Origin: Gemmatimonadales bacterium
Lineage (GTDB): Bacteria; Gemmatimonadota; Gemmatimonadetes; Gemmatimonadales; GWC2-71-9
Direction: 5' to 3'
DNA length: 64,000 nt
Assembly: GCA_041577295.1 (NCBI GenBank)
Contig: JBFGJG010000003.1
Coordinates: forward strand, 64,001 to 128,000
In this document: positions 38,540-48,310 of the stretch, piece by piece
How the letters are laid out: each line of letters begins with the position of its first letter
How positions within the stretch are numbered: position 1 is the first letter of the stretch
Translations under genes and position numbers: made by a program
Notes under the pieces: generated by a model
What the model was told of the DNA's origin: nothing
Databases searched by the model: none
The model's input: the letters and a program-made list of their open reading frames with translations, nothing else

Positions 38540-39179
38540 GTGCGACCACGATGCTGCGAAGTCGTTCGGCACTGGGATCGTCTTGTTCCGCGAACGGCCG
38601 TGGGTGCCCTTCGGTGTCGGGGAGGACATGAGGGCAGATCAGCACGAGACGACGAGCCTGGATGCGATCCCACACCGCCTGCGTGCACACCGGGGCTGCC
38701 AGTATCACGCCTTCTGGCGCAAGGGGCCGCACCGCTCGCTCCGCGGCGAGGATCTTCCACGGCGAGGTCAACGGTCCTTCGAGCAGCGCAACATGCTGCC
38801 CGCCGAGGGGGCGGATTGGTCGGTGACCGCGGTAGAGGAGACGCTCGGTCTTGACCGCCCGACGAGCCTTCTCGATAGCTTCGGTCAGGGCGGTCATGAG
38901 ACCGAACCGCGGCTGGAATGTCGGGTCGAGCTCGGCATCGGCATCTTCCGCTACGGCACCGATGATCCCCAGCCCGGTGACCCGAACAAACGATGTCACG
39001 ATGACATCGAACGGCGACCCTAGAGTAGTGGAGGCATTGTACGCGATCTCGACGCCGCGGGGCGTCACACCGATCATGACCGCCGGCAGCGTCAATCGGC
39101 CCGCGAGCAGTCGAGCGAGATCGGCCCCAGCCGCGGCGCGTGACTGATAGAGTGGCGCGTGTGCGGGATTCGTCGTCAT
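38526..39179 (-). CDS. Phosphoribosyltransferase-like protein (degenerate)
   Basis: YQSRAAAGADLA, PRGVEIA, FDVIV, IGAVAE, LYRGHRP, VILAAPV match the stand-alone putative PRT family; PRPP motif is degenerate. Confidence 0.7.
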   Translation of the reverse strand: MTTNPAHAPLYQSRAAAGADLARLLAGRLTLPAVMIGVTPRGVEIAYNASTTLGSPFDVIVTSFVRVTGLGIIGAVAEDADAELDPTFQPRFGLMTALTEAIEKARRAVKTERLLYRGHRPIRPLGGQHVALLEGPLTSPWKILAAERAVRPLAPEGVILAAPVCTQAVWDRIQARRLVLICPHVLPDTEGHPRPFAEQDDPSAERLRSIVVARDAA

Positions 39180-39476
39180 GGCACGACAATTATAGCTCAG
39201 CCGCCGGTTGTCGGTGACTGGCCGGGCCAACCGCGGGACGGGGAGGCGGAGTAGCGGGTGCGAGTGTGATGCGAGGTGGGCGGCGGAAGGGGGAGAAGCG
39301 ATCTGACGGTCGCGGAACGGCGTTTGCACATTCAATCGCTAGCGTCGCAAGCCACGCCCAGCGATATTGCACTACTTGTGCGCTGGAGCACGGTATTCCG
39401 CTTCGCGGTTCGGCGTATTGGCGCACCTGGCAAACACACTGTGAAGAGTTCTTCAACATTAACATTGGAATAGCAA

Positions 39477-41348
39477 ATGACTTCGGTGGCACCGGCCAAG
39501 CCTTCGGGCGAGCGGCATGTCAGTGAGCAGGAAGCTCGCCAAGTTGCAGAGGCGGCACGCCAGACCGAATGGACAGCACCCAGCTTTGTCCGGGAATTGT
39601 TCAACGGTCGGTTTCGTCTCGACCTTGTTCACCCCTTCCCGCGCATCGATTCGGAAGAGCTCGAGCGTGCCAAGCCCTGGCTCGACGAGTTAGAGACGTT
39701 TTTGCGTGAGAACGTTGATGCCGAAAAGATCGACAACGACCACAAAGTGCCCAAGCACGTCATCGAGGGACTGGCCAAGCTCGGGTGCTTTGGTATCAAG
39801 ATTCCAGAAGAGTACGGGGGGTTGGGTTTCTCACAGTCCATCTACAACCGTGCAGTGTCGCTGGTGGCAAGTGCGGAGTCGTCCATCGGCGTCCTCCTAT
39901 CCGCCCACCAGTCCATTGGCGTTCCGCAGCCGCTCAAGCTTTTTGGTACGCCCGAGCAAAAGAAGAAATATCTCCCACGTCTCGCACGCGGCGCCATCAG
40001 CGCGTTCGCGTTGACGGAATCGGGTGTCGGAAGCGATCCCGCTCGGATGAGCACGACGGCAGAGTTACAGAGTGACGGCGAGACCTATCTGCTCAACGGG
40101 GAAAAGCTGTGGTGCACTAACGGGACGATCGCCGACATCATGGTCGTCATGGCTCGCACGGGAGAGCGTGGCATCACCGCCTTCATCGTGGAAGCCAACT
40201 GGCCCGGTGTCGAGGTGGTGCATCGTTGTCACTTCATGGGTCTGCATGGTATCGAGAACGGCGTCATGCGCTTCACGAACGTCCGGGTCCCCAAGGACAA
40301 CATCCTGTGGGGGGAGGGTAAGGGCCTCAAGCTCGCGTTGATCACGCTGAACACCGGACGGCTGACGTTGCCCGCCACGTCGGCGGCTGCCGTCAAGGCC
40401 TGCCTCGGGATCGCGCGTCGCTTCTGTCAGGAGCGGGTCCAGTGGGGTCTTCCGATTGGGAAACACGACGCCATTGCGCAGAAGCTAGGAAGGATTGCCG
40501 CGACGACCTTCGTGATGGAGTCCCTCGCGGAACTGGCAGCCTTGATGGCCGATCAGGGCAAGTTCGACATTCGGCTCGAAGCCGCCATGGCCAAGATGTG
40601 GAATACGGAGCAGGGTTGGCAGCTGATCGACGACACGCTGCAGATCCGCAGTGGGCGCGGGTACGAGCGGTCCGAGAGTCTCCGCGCGCGGGGCGAGCGA
40701 CCCGAGCCCGTCGAGCGGATCATGAGGGATTTCCGGATCAACATGATCTTCGAGGGTTCGAGTGAGATCATGCGGCTCTTTCTGGCGCGCGAGGTGGTGG
40801 ACACGCACCTGAAAGTCGCGGGTGCCATCACCGATCCAAAAGCCTCCTTCGCCAAGAAGATTCCATCATTCATCCGAGCGGGCTTTTACTACGCCGCCTG
40901 GTATCCGGCGCGATGGTTCGGGTGGGGTCGCTGGCCGCGGTATGGCGAGTTCGGGCAGTTGGCCAAGCACATGCGTTACATCAATCGCAGTTCGCGTCGA
41001 TTGGCTCGCTCGCTGTTCCACGCCATCGTGCGATTCGGGCCAAAGCTCGAGAAGCGGCAAGCCATCCTCTTCCGGTTGGTGGAGATTGGCGCGGAGCTGT
41101 TCGCCATGAGCGCCGCGTGTTCACGGGCACACATGCTCCACACGAGCAAGGACCCCGAGGAGCGGGCGCAGGGTGCGGCAAGCGTCCACCTCGCGGACCT
41201 CTTCTGCCAGCTCTCCCGCCGCCGAATCAAGGAGCGGTTCGACCGACTCTTCGACAACGACGACGTTGCCGTGTACAAGACGGCGCAGCGCGTCATGGCC
41301 GACGAGGTGCGCTGGTTGGAAGAGGCAAACGTGGTGGAGCCAGCGTAG
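39477..41348 (+). CDS. Acyl-CoA dehydrogenase (long, VLCAD/ACAD9-like)
   Basis: IPEEYGGLG, AFALTESGVGSD, LNGEKLWCTNG, LNTGRL, IFEGSSEI. Confidence 0.95.
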   Translation: MTSVAPAKPSGERHVSEQEARQVAEAARQTEWTAPSFVRELFNGRFRLDLVHPFPRIDSEELERAKPWLDELETFLRENVDAEKIDNDHKVPKHVIEGLAKLGCFGIKIPEEYGGLGFSQSIYNRAVSLVASAESSIGVLLSAHQSIGVPQPLKLFGTPEQKKKYLPRLARGAISAFALTESGVGSDPARMSTTAELQSDGETYLLNGEKLWCTNGTIADIMVVMARTGERGITAFIVEANWPGVEVVHRCHFMGLHGIENGVMRFTNVRVPKDNILWGEGKGLKLALITLNTGRLTLPATSAAAVKACLGIARRFCQERVQWGLPIGKHDAIAQKLGRIAATTFVMESLAELAALMADQGKFDIRLEAAMAKMWNTEQGWQLIDDTLQIRSGRGYERSESLRARGERPEPVERIMRDFRINMIFEGSSEIMRLFLAREVVDTHLKVAGAITDPKASFAKKIPSFIRAGFYYAAWYPARWFGWGRWPRYGEFGQLAKHMRYINRSSRRLARSLFHAIVRFGPKLEKRQAILFRLVEIGAELFAMSAACSRAHMLHTSKDPEERAQGAASVHLADLFCQLSRRRIKERFDRLFDNDDVAVYKTAQRVMADEVRWLEEANVVEPA

Positions 41349-41370
41349 GCCACCAACACTGCTACACTTC

Positions 41371-41398
41371 GGGCGGGCTGGTGACAGCCCGCCCTTTT
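41371..41398 (+). terminator. Intrinsic terminator
   Basis: gggcgggctg-gtga-cagcccgccc followed by tttt. Confidence 0.85.
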
Positions 41399-41695
41399 CG
41401 TTGGCGTGGGCTACCCGCCTCGAAACACCACCCCCTCCGCTCCTAGGCGCACTTGTGTCATCGGGCGACGAGCCGCACATTAGAAGAGGTGCGGGTGCTT
41501 GGCTCGGTCCACTCACGTGCCCGAGTCCTCCCGATTGGAAAGACGCTACCCACCAACGCCTTCCTCTCCGAGAGCGTCGAGCACGGCGAACTCTCAGTCA
41601 GCGCCCGTCAGCCATTGGCCGTGGCCTTTGCACGAGGGACCTTGCACCACGCACGGCGATCACCGGCGTGCAATTGGGCAAGAGGGAGGTCGGCC

Positions 41696-43408
41696 ATGCG
41701 GGACTGGCAGCTCATCGAACGACAGGCAAGAGGCGCAGCGGCGGCTGAAGCCCTTCCCCCCAAGGATCCGGGCCGACGGCGCAGCGATCGGCTCCTGCTC
41801 GGTCAGACACGGATTCTGGAGTCGGTGGCTTTGGGTAGGCCGCTTGAGGAAATCCTGGCCGGCATCTGCTTGCTCATCGAGGAACACACCCCGCGAGTCC
41901 TTTGCTCAATTCTCCTCTTGGACGACGACGGAAGGCGTCTGCACCACGGCGCTGGACCCAGCTTGCCGCCGGCCTACTGCCAGGCGATTGACGGCATCGA
42001 GATCGGACCGACCGTAGGATCGTGTGGTACGGCGGCCTTTCGTCGGACCCAGGTGATCGTCTCGGACGTGGCGACCGATCCACTCTGGAAGGACTATCGA
42101 GACCTCGCACTTGCGCACCGCCTGCGCGCCTGTTGGTCCACACCGATCATCGCGCGAAGCAGCCAGGTCCTGGGAACGTTCGCAGTGTACTACCGGGAAC
42201 CGCGGAGTCCCCAGCCGGAGGATCTCCAACTCGTCGCCGACGCAACGCACCTCGTTGGCGTCGCAGTGGAACGTGAGCTGATGGACCAAGCACTTCGACG
42301 AAGCGAGCAGCGCTACCGCACGGTCGTTGAGACCGCGGGCAACGCGATCGTATGCCTCGACTCCGAAGGACGCATCATAGAGTGGAACACAGCCGCGGAG
42401 CGACTTTTCGGCTACGCACGCACCGAAGTCCTCGGGCAAGACTACGCCGAGCTTTGCCTCCTCAGCGGCATCCGACAGACCATCGTCGCTGAGCTGCAAG
42501 CCATCCTCGCGGGCGGCTTGCCAAAAGTCCTCGAGCACCCAGTGCGTATCCGTGGGGGCAAGATCAGAACGGTATCATGGAATATCAGTGGATTGCACGA
42601 TGCAGAGGGTATACCGTACGGCGTCGTGACCATCGGTCAGGACATGACCGATCGCCAGCGAGCGGAGGAAGCGCAGTATCGAGCGCAGAAGCTCGAGAGC
42701 TTGAGCATCCTCGCCGGTGGTGCGGCCCGAGACTTGGAAGCAGCGGTCGCATCCGTCATCCACAACGTTCGCGTCATCCGGCGCAAGCTCCCCTCCGGTT
42801 CTCCTGAGCGAGACCTGGTCGATCGGATCCGGAGCGCGGCCGAGCAAGCCGCTGACCTCGCGGATCAGATGCTCGCGTATGCTGGCAGAGAGCGCGGTAG
42901 CTTGCATGCGGTGTTTCTGAACCGGCTCATCGAAGAGGCACACGTAACGCTCGAGGAGCAAGTGACCCCTGCAGCCCAACTGGCGTTGCGGTTACCCCCC
43001 GAGGTCTCACCCATTTTCGGCGATCCCGCCCAGCTCAAACAGGTGCTGGCGAATCTGGTAGCCAATGCGTCAGATGCCTTACCGGCCTCCGGCGGGTCGG
43101 TGGTCGTATCAGCGGGGCAGGTTGAAGCGGACAGCGCGTACTTGTTGGATACTTATCCGGGAGGCGAGCTGCCCGCGGGAACCTACGTCTTCGCGCGGGT
43201 CGCCGACGATGGCTGTGGCATGGGCGCTGAGGTGCAGTCGAAAATCTTCGATCCCTTCTTCACGACAAAACCCGACCGTCATGGATTGGGGCTCGCGGTC
43301 GCGCTTGGGATCGTGCGAGCGCACCGAGGAACGATCAAGGTAGAGTCCGCGGTGAATAGTGGAACTACCATGACCGTGCTGTTGCCGCTGCCACCGCATC
43401 ACAACTGA
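41696..43408 (+). CDS. GAF-PAS sensor histidine kinase-like protein (phosphoacceptor His absent)
   Basis: GAF (GSCGTAAFR, ACWSTPI), PAS (WNTAAERLFGY), N-box NLVANASDA, DDGCGM, FDPFFTTK, GLGL; RBS gggaggt before ATG 41696. Confidence 0.9.
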   Translation: MRDWQLIERQARGAAAAEALPPKDPGRRRSDRLLLGQTRILESVALGRPLEEILAGICLLIEEHTPRVLCSILLLDDDGRRLHHGAGPSLPPAYCQAIDGIEIGPTVGSCGTAAFRRTQVIVSDVATDPLWKDYRDLALAHRLRACWSTPIIARSSQVLGTFAVYYREPRSPQPEDLQLVADATHLVGVAVERELMDQALRRSEQRYRTVVETAGNAIVCLDSEGRIIEWNTAAERLFGYARTEVLGQDYAELCLLSGIRQTIVAELQAILAGGLPKVLEHPVRIRGGKIRTVSWNISGLHDAEGIPYGVVTIGQDMTDRQRAEEAQYRAQKLESLSILAGGAARDLEAAVASVIHNVRVIRRKLPSGSPERDLVDRIRSAAEQAADLADQMLAYAGRERGSLHAVFLNRLIEEAHVTLEEQVTPAAQLALRLPPEVSPIFGDPAQLKQVLANLVANASDALPASGGSVVVSAGQVEADSAYLLDTYPGGELPAGTYVFARVADDGCGMGAEVQSKIFDPFFTTKPDRHGLGLAVALGIVRAHRGTIKVESAVNSGTTMTVLLPLPPHHN

Positions 43409-43444
43409 GCAGCGCCCAGTTAAGAACCTACCGGGGAGCTGACG

Positions 43445-43480
43445 AGCGGTCGCGCCACTCGCGACCGCTTTCTCGTTCTT
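43445..43480 (+). terminator. Probable intrinsic terminator
   Basis: 10-bp stem agcggtcgcg/cgcgaccgct followed by T-rich ttctcgttctt. Confidence 0.6.
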
Positions 43481-43533
43481 GCTCCGCCAGCCTGGTCCGC
43501 CCAAGTTAGGAGGTCAACTTCGGCGGAAGAATT

Positions 43534-46500
43534 ATGCGCGGTTTGCCCCCTCCACTTGCCATTCTCGCGCCTGTCCTCGTCGGTCTCGCGCTGCTGCTCT
43601 GGAGTTGTCAGAACGACGCTGCGGGTCCTCGGACAATCCCCGGGCATCTCGCCGTTGCACCGGTCTTTAGCAGCAGCAACGCCGGGCTCGTTGACATCGC
43701 TCGCATTCGCGCTCGGCTTTTCCGGCTGGAGCCAAACGAAGTGGTGCTCGACACCGTTGCCGATGTCGCGGGTGATGAAATCAACCTGCAGTTGACAGTG
43801 ATGATGGAAACTCCAACTGAGCGGTTCGCGCTGGTAATGGAGTTGATCACCGCAGCCGGGGACACCGCCTTCCGGGCTGGACCCGATACCATCAGCCCGG
43901 TGACGGGCAACCAGACGCCCGTGCCCGTCTCGGTCGAGATCGATTATGTGGGCATCGGGTTCGATGCCGCCCTCGTGCAGATCGTCACACAGGACACGAG
44001 TCTCTTCCAGGGGCAAGCCCTTACCGTTGTGGCAGAGGCGATCGATTCGATGGGGGAACCGATTCCCGGGACCCCCATCGGCTTTCGCTCGCTGGACGCG
44101 GCCTCTGCTTCCTTCCCCGACGCCGGGGTTGGCGAGGTGGTAGCAGGAGGGCAACGCGGGACCGCTCGGCTCGTCGCCGAGTTGTTGACCGGGCAAGCCG
44201 ACACGGCGCTCCTCGACGTACAACCGCTGCCAAGCGGGCTGCTGATCATTGAGGGCAACGGTCAGACCGGTGCACCGGATACCCCGCTCCCCACCGCGAT
44301 CGTCGTACTGGTCCGCGGATCCGACGGGGTCGGGGTGGAGAATGTGGTCGTGCGGTTCACCACGTCGGGTGGGGGCTCGTTCACGCCGGATTCAACGCTC
44401 AGCGACGCCAACGGGGAAGTGCGCACCACCTGGACGCTCGGTCCACTCGAGGGAACACAGACTGGAACGGCTGCAACCACACAGCCTGCGGCGCTCCAGG
44501 TCAGCTTCACGGCGTTGGCTACCCTCGGTGAGCCCGTAGCGGAAACGCTGCGATGGATCAACGCTTTGGGCGGAAGCTGGAATGTTCCCGCAAACTGGGA
44601 TGGTGGCCGGGTACCTACGGCCCAGGACACCGCCGTGATAGGCATCGATGGCACCTTCACCGTCACGCTGGACCGCGATGTGTCCGTGGCGAGCCTGGAC
44701 GTTGGCGGTGGAGCGGGAACACAAACGCTCGCGGTGAGCAACGCGACGCTGACCGTGCTCGGGGACAGTCGCACGCGGAGCGGTGGAGAGTTGTTGCTCG
44801 TCAACGGGAACGTACAGGGATCCGCAATCTTCACCAACTCCGGCGCTCTCGTCGTGCAGAGCGATCAGACCGGAAGCCTCTTTGGGCCGGCGATCATCAA
44901 CGACGGGCTGATGGACATTCAATTGGGAGCGCTGATCCTTCAGGGTGGTGGGACGCTGACGGGGACGATCTCGATCGGCGAGGCCTTGTTGGATCTCGGT
45001 GCAGGCACGTTCACCGTCGTTGACGGCCTCGCGGTCACCGGACCCGTGAGCGTACAAGGGGCGACGCTCGAAATCCCCAGCGGGACTGTCACGTTCGACT
45101 TCCTCACCATGGTTGGCGGCGCGGTGACTGGTTCCGGAACGCTCGACATCACGTCGACCTTCGTGTGGGACGGCGGCACGATGACGGATCCCGGCGTCAC
45201 GCGGACCGGTGCAGGCTCCATCAATCAGTTCACGCCCGGATTGCTGCTCGATGTCGGTGGCGGCCGCACCCTCGAGCTCGGTGGTATCACCCAGTCCATC
45301 GGTGTCACCATCCGGGGTGGCGATGGTTCGACATTCCGGATTCCTGCTGGGGCCACCTTCAACGTGACGCTCAATACCACATTCAATGCCGACCTCGGCG
45401 GCGCGACACCGACGTTCGATAACCAGGGTGCCATCTTTATCGCCGTTGGTCAGGCGCTGGATATCGACGCGGCTTTGATTCACGGATCCGGTGCACTCGT
45501 TCAAGGCGACGGCACACTCGATCTCGACGACGCGACGTACGGGACCTTGGACGGGGACTTTGCACCGGGCACCACTCCGGGCGTCTTGACAATCATCGGT
45601 GATTTCCGACAGGGCGCGACCTCGACTATCACGCTCGAGCTCGACGGGACCTCGCCCGGTACCGAGCACGACCAGCTCGTCGTGACGGCTGGTCCCAACA
45701 CAACCGGCGCTGCCGTCCTCGACGGCCAGATCGACATCGTCACGAGCTTCACACCGTCCGCCGCCGACACGTTCGATGTCGTGATCTTTTCTAGTCGAGG
45801 CGGGGATCTCGCGGGCATCACCGGTCTGGACCTTGGCAACGGTACGTTTCTCGATACCCTGTTCGCCGCGATGAGCCTCAGGCTCCCAACGCTTGCTCCG
45901 TACCTCGTGGTGACGGGGCAGCCGACCGATGTGCTGCCGTTCCGACCTATTACGCCGAGCATGACGGTCGAAGTACGTGACGGGCGCGACAATCTCTTCA
46001 CCGGCTTCACCAACCCGGTCGACGTCGCCCTGGGTGCCAATCCCGGGGGAGCAACGCTTTCCGGCACACTCTCGGTCGTCCCAACTGGCGGAACTGCCAC
46101 GTTTATCGATCTGAGCATCGACAATCTGGCGTCGGGGTACACGATTGCTACAACCGCAATCGGCGCGGTGGGTGCCGAGAGCGATCCGTTCGACGTGGTC
46201 CCGGGCATCATCTGGGCAGCGGACTCACTGCTCGATGCGGCAGTCTCAGGCATTCTCACGAGCGAACCGGACGGCGCAGATCGCTTTCAGATCACAGCTG
46301 AGGGCACCACAACCGATGCGTCGTTGCGCAGGGTCTTCCCACGATGGGGACCTGGCCGTGAACGAATTACCTACTCGGCCCGTGCAGATGGTACGGTTCC
46401 AAATCAACTGCACGTCGCCGATCTGGCCTTCGAAATCGACCATCTGACGTCGGCCACCGATACAAGCACATTCCAACCCCGATTCAGCCCCGACGGCCGG

Positions 46501-47304
46501 CATCTGGCGTTCGTGTGTGGTCCAACGTTCGGCACACAAGATGTCTGTATCGTTTCCGGGGTCGACGCGCCGGTGGGTACCCTCGAGGGCATCGCTGACG
46601 GGGGCCTCAAGGTATTCATAACCGACGCGGTGAGTGACACGCTTGGCGGGTCGGGGGCGTTTGCGTGGAACCCCACGAATCCAGATCAGCTGGCCGTTGT
46701 CCGCGATTTGGATGATGGCGCTGGGAACATCGCAAGTCAGATCTACTTCGCCACGTTCGACGGCACGGTCACCGACTCGCTGGGGAGGCTCACGGACGGT
46801 CAGGGTAACCCCATCCGCGTGCTGAGCCTCGATTGGGCTCCCGACGGAAGCTACCTGGCCTTTGGCGGCGAGGTACTCGGCGACATGCGCATCTATCAGA
46901 TCAACGCCGACGGCAGCAACCTGCTGGAGCTGACCGCGCCAATCAACAACTTCGACGACGTGCGACCGGTCATCTCGCCGGATGGGACGGAGATCATGTT
47001 CCTTCGAAACAACTTTGCGGTGGAAGCGAGCATGTGGAGCTACTGGCGCGTGACGGCAGGTGCTGCGGGCAGTGAGGTGCAGATCACACCGGAGGTCGAT
47101 TTCTTCGTGTCGTCGGAAGAGCTGGCGTACGACTGGTCACCCGATGGATCCGAGATCGTGTTGGTCGACACGGACGGCACCAACCTCGGGATCTTTGCGG
47201 CTCCGGCCACCACCACGGCGAGCACGTATGTTACCGACCGGCGCTTGGTCTCGAGCGATACCGGCGTCGACCGAGCCGATATCCAGCCGAGCTGGCGTCC
47301 GTGA
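43534..47304 (+). CDS. Large surface lipoprotein: Ig-like domains, beta-helix passenger-like region, C-terminal TolB/PD40-like propeller
   Basis: Lipobox LLWSC; Big_1-like SDANGEVRTTWTLG; WINALGGSWNVPANW; APGTTPGVLTIIGDF..HDQLVV; PD40-like PRFSPDG, WAPDG, ISPDG, WSPDG, QPSWRP. Confidence 0.8.
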   Translation: MRGLPPPLAILAPVLVGLALLLWSCQNDAAGPRTIPGHLAVAPVFSSSNAGLVDIARIRARLFRLEPNEVVLDTVADVAGDEINLQLTVMMETPTERFALVMELITAAGDTAFRAGPDTISPVTGNQTPVPVSVEIDYVGIGFDAALVQIVTQDTSLFQGQALTVVAEAIDSMGEPIPGTPIGFRSLDAASASFPDAGVGEVVAGGQRGTARLVAELLTGQADTALLDVQPLPSGLLIIEGNGQTGAPDTPLPTAIVVLVRGSDGVGVENVVVRFTTSGGGSFTPDSTLSDANGEVRTTWTLGPLEGTQTGTAATTQPAALQVSFTALATLGEPVAETLRWINALGGSWNVPANWDGGRVPTAQDTAVIGIDGTFTVTLDRDVSVASLDVGGGAGTQTLAVSNATLTVLGDSRTRSGGELLLVNGNVQGSAIFTNSGALVVQSDQTGSLFGPAIINDGLMDIQLGALILQGGGTLTGTISIGEALLDLGAGTFTVVDGLAVTGPVSVQGATLEIPSGTVTFDFLTMVGGAVTGSGTLDITSTFVWDGGTMTDPGVTRTGAGSINQFTPGLLLDVGGGRTLELGGITQSIGVTIRGGDGSTFRIPAGATFNVTLNTTFNADLGGATPTFDNQGAIFIAVGQALDIDAALIHGSGALVQGDGTLDLDDATYGTLDGDFAPGTTPGVLTIIGDFRQGATSTITLELDGTSPGTEHDQLVVTAGPNTTGAAVLDGQIDIVTSFTPSAADTFDVVIFSSRGGDLAGITGLDLGNGTFLDTLFAAMSLRLPTLAPYLVVTGQPTDVLPFRPITPSMTVEVRDGRDNLFTGFTNPVDVALGANPGGATLSGTLSVVPTGGTATFIDLSIDNLASGYTIATTAIGAVGAESDPFDVVPGIIWAADSLLDAAVSGILTSEPDGADRFQITAEGTTTDASLRRVFPRWGPGRERITYSARADGTVPNQLHVADLAFEIDHLTSATDTSTFQPRFSPDGRHLAFVCGPTFGTQDVCIVSGVDAPVGTLEGIADGGLKVFITDAVSDTLGGSGAFAWNPTNPDQLAVVRDLDDGAGNIASQIYFATFDGTVTDSLGRLTDGQGNPIRVLSLDWAPDGSYLAFGGEVLGDMRIYQINADGSNLLELTAPINNFDDVRPVISPDGTEIMFLRNNFAVEASMWSYWRVTAGAAGSEVQITPEVDFFVSSEELAYDWSPDGSEIVLVDTDGTNLGIFAAPATTTASTYVTDRRLVSSDTGVDRADIQPSWRP

Positions 47305-48299
47305 CGCATACGATGACGCGTTCCGCATTCGTCCTCGGCCTCATCGTCTCGTGCGCAGTGGCGGGCTCCGCCCCTGCGCAGGATCACAGTGCACAGGAGG
47401 GCGCACGCGACGGTGACGACGCGTCACCACTACTGCTCCATCAACTGTCGCAAGTTGCCGACATCGGGCGATCGTTGGGCACGACGTGGGACGCCGCACG
47501 GCTGGGGTTTCGGCGCATCGCGCCCCCATCGATGAACGATCTCAACCCCTTGGTCGGCGAGCATTGGATTCACATTCCAAACCTGCGGAGCGGCGCGTTC
47601 GATCTCACGCGCCCCGCCTATGCCATGTACTACCCAGTCCGCGGCATCGAGGAATGGCAACTGGTGGGTGTGGCCTACGCCACCGCCGCCCCGACCGGCA
47701 CACCGGTGCCGGAAGGGTTTGATGGGGCGAACGATCACTGGCACACTCACCTGCCCTGCTCCGGCGTTCCGGAGCTCGAGACGATACTGGCGGCCAGCCA
47801 GGAGGATTGCCGGGAATTCGCCGGTGTGCCTGGATCGTCCCGCATCGCGATGGTGCACGTCTGGCTCAACGTCCCCAACCCAGAGGGACCGTTCGCGGAC
47901 TTCAACATCGCCTTGCCGTACGTTGCCACCGGTCTCCAGCCCCCCACACCGGAGGAGTTGCGCGATACGACCCACGCTGGGGTCGCCCGCCCGCTCGCCC
48001 TCGCGCTCGGGGAAACGCTGGGCGCGGTGCCGCGCCTGGGAGGCATAGTGGACCCAGGGCCGGATTCCGCGTTTGCGCGCCGTGTCGCAGCACCGCGAGC
48101 GCGGATCGCCGCACTCGTGCCACGATTGAAAGCGGCGCAAGAGACCGGCGACCGGGTCGAGTTTGATTTGGTGGCGCTGCGAGCGATCGAAGAGTGGAAC
48201 GTTATCCGCCAGGCGTACCTCGACGCGGCGTCGACGCCCGTCCTGCGTCTCCTCCTCGCCAGGTGGATGGACGAAGCCGTCAACGGCACGAAGGACTGA
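47301..48299 (+). CDS. Secreted hypothetical protein with conserved-looking His motifs
   Basis: Signal peptide; GEHWIH, LVGVAY, DHWHTH, MVHVWL..PNPEGPFA; GTGA overlap with the upstream gene. Confidence 0.65.
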   Translation: MTHTMTRSAFVLGLIVSCAVAGSAPAQDHSAQEGARDGDDASPLLLHQLSQVADIGRSLGTTWDAARLGFRRIAPPSMNDLNPLVGEHWIHIPNLRSGAFDLTRPAYAMYYPVRGIEEWQLVGVAYATAAPTGTPVPEGFDGANDHWHTHLPCSGVPELETILAASQEDCREFAGVPGSSRIAMVHVWLNVPNPEGPFADFNIALPYVATGLQPPTPEELRDTTHAGVARPLALALGETLGAVPRLGGIVDPGPDSAFARRVAAPRARIAALVPRLKAAQETGDRVEFDLVALRAIEEWNVIRQAYLDAASTPVLRLLLARWMDEAVNGTKD

Positions 48300-48310
48300 C
48301 TGAAGAGTCG

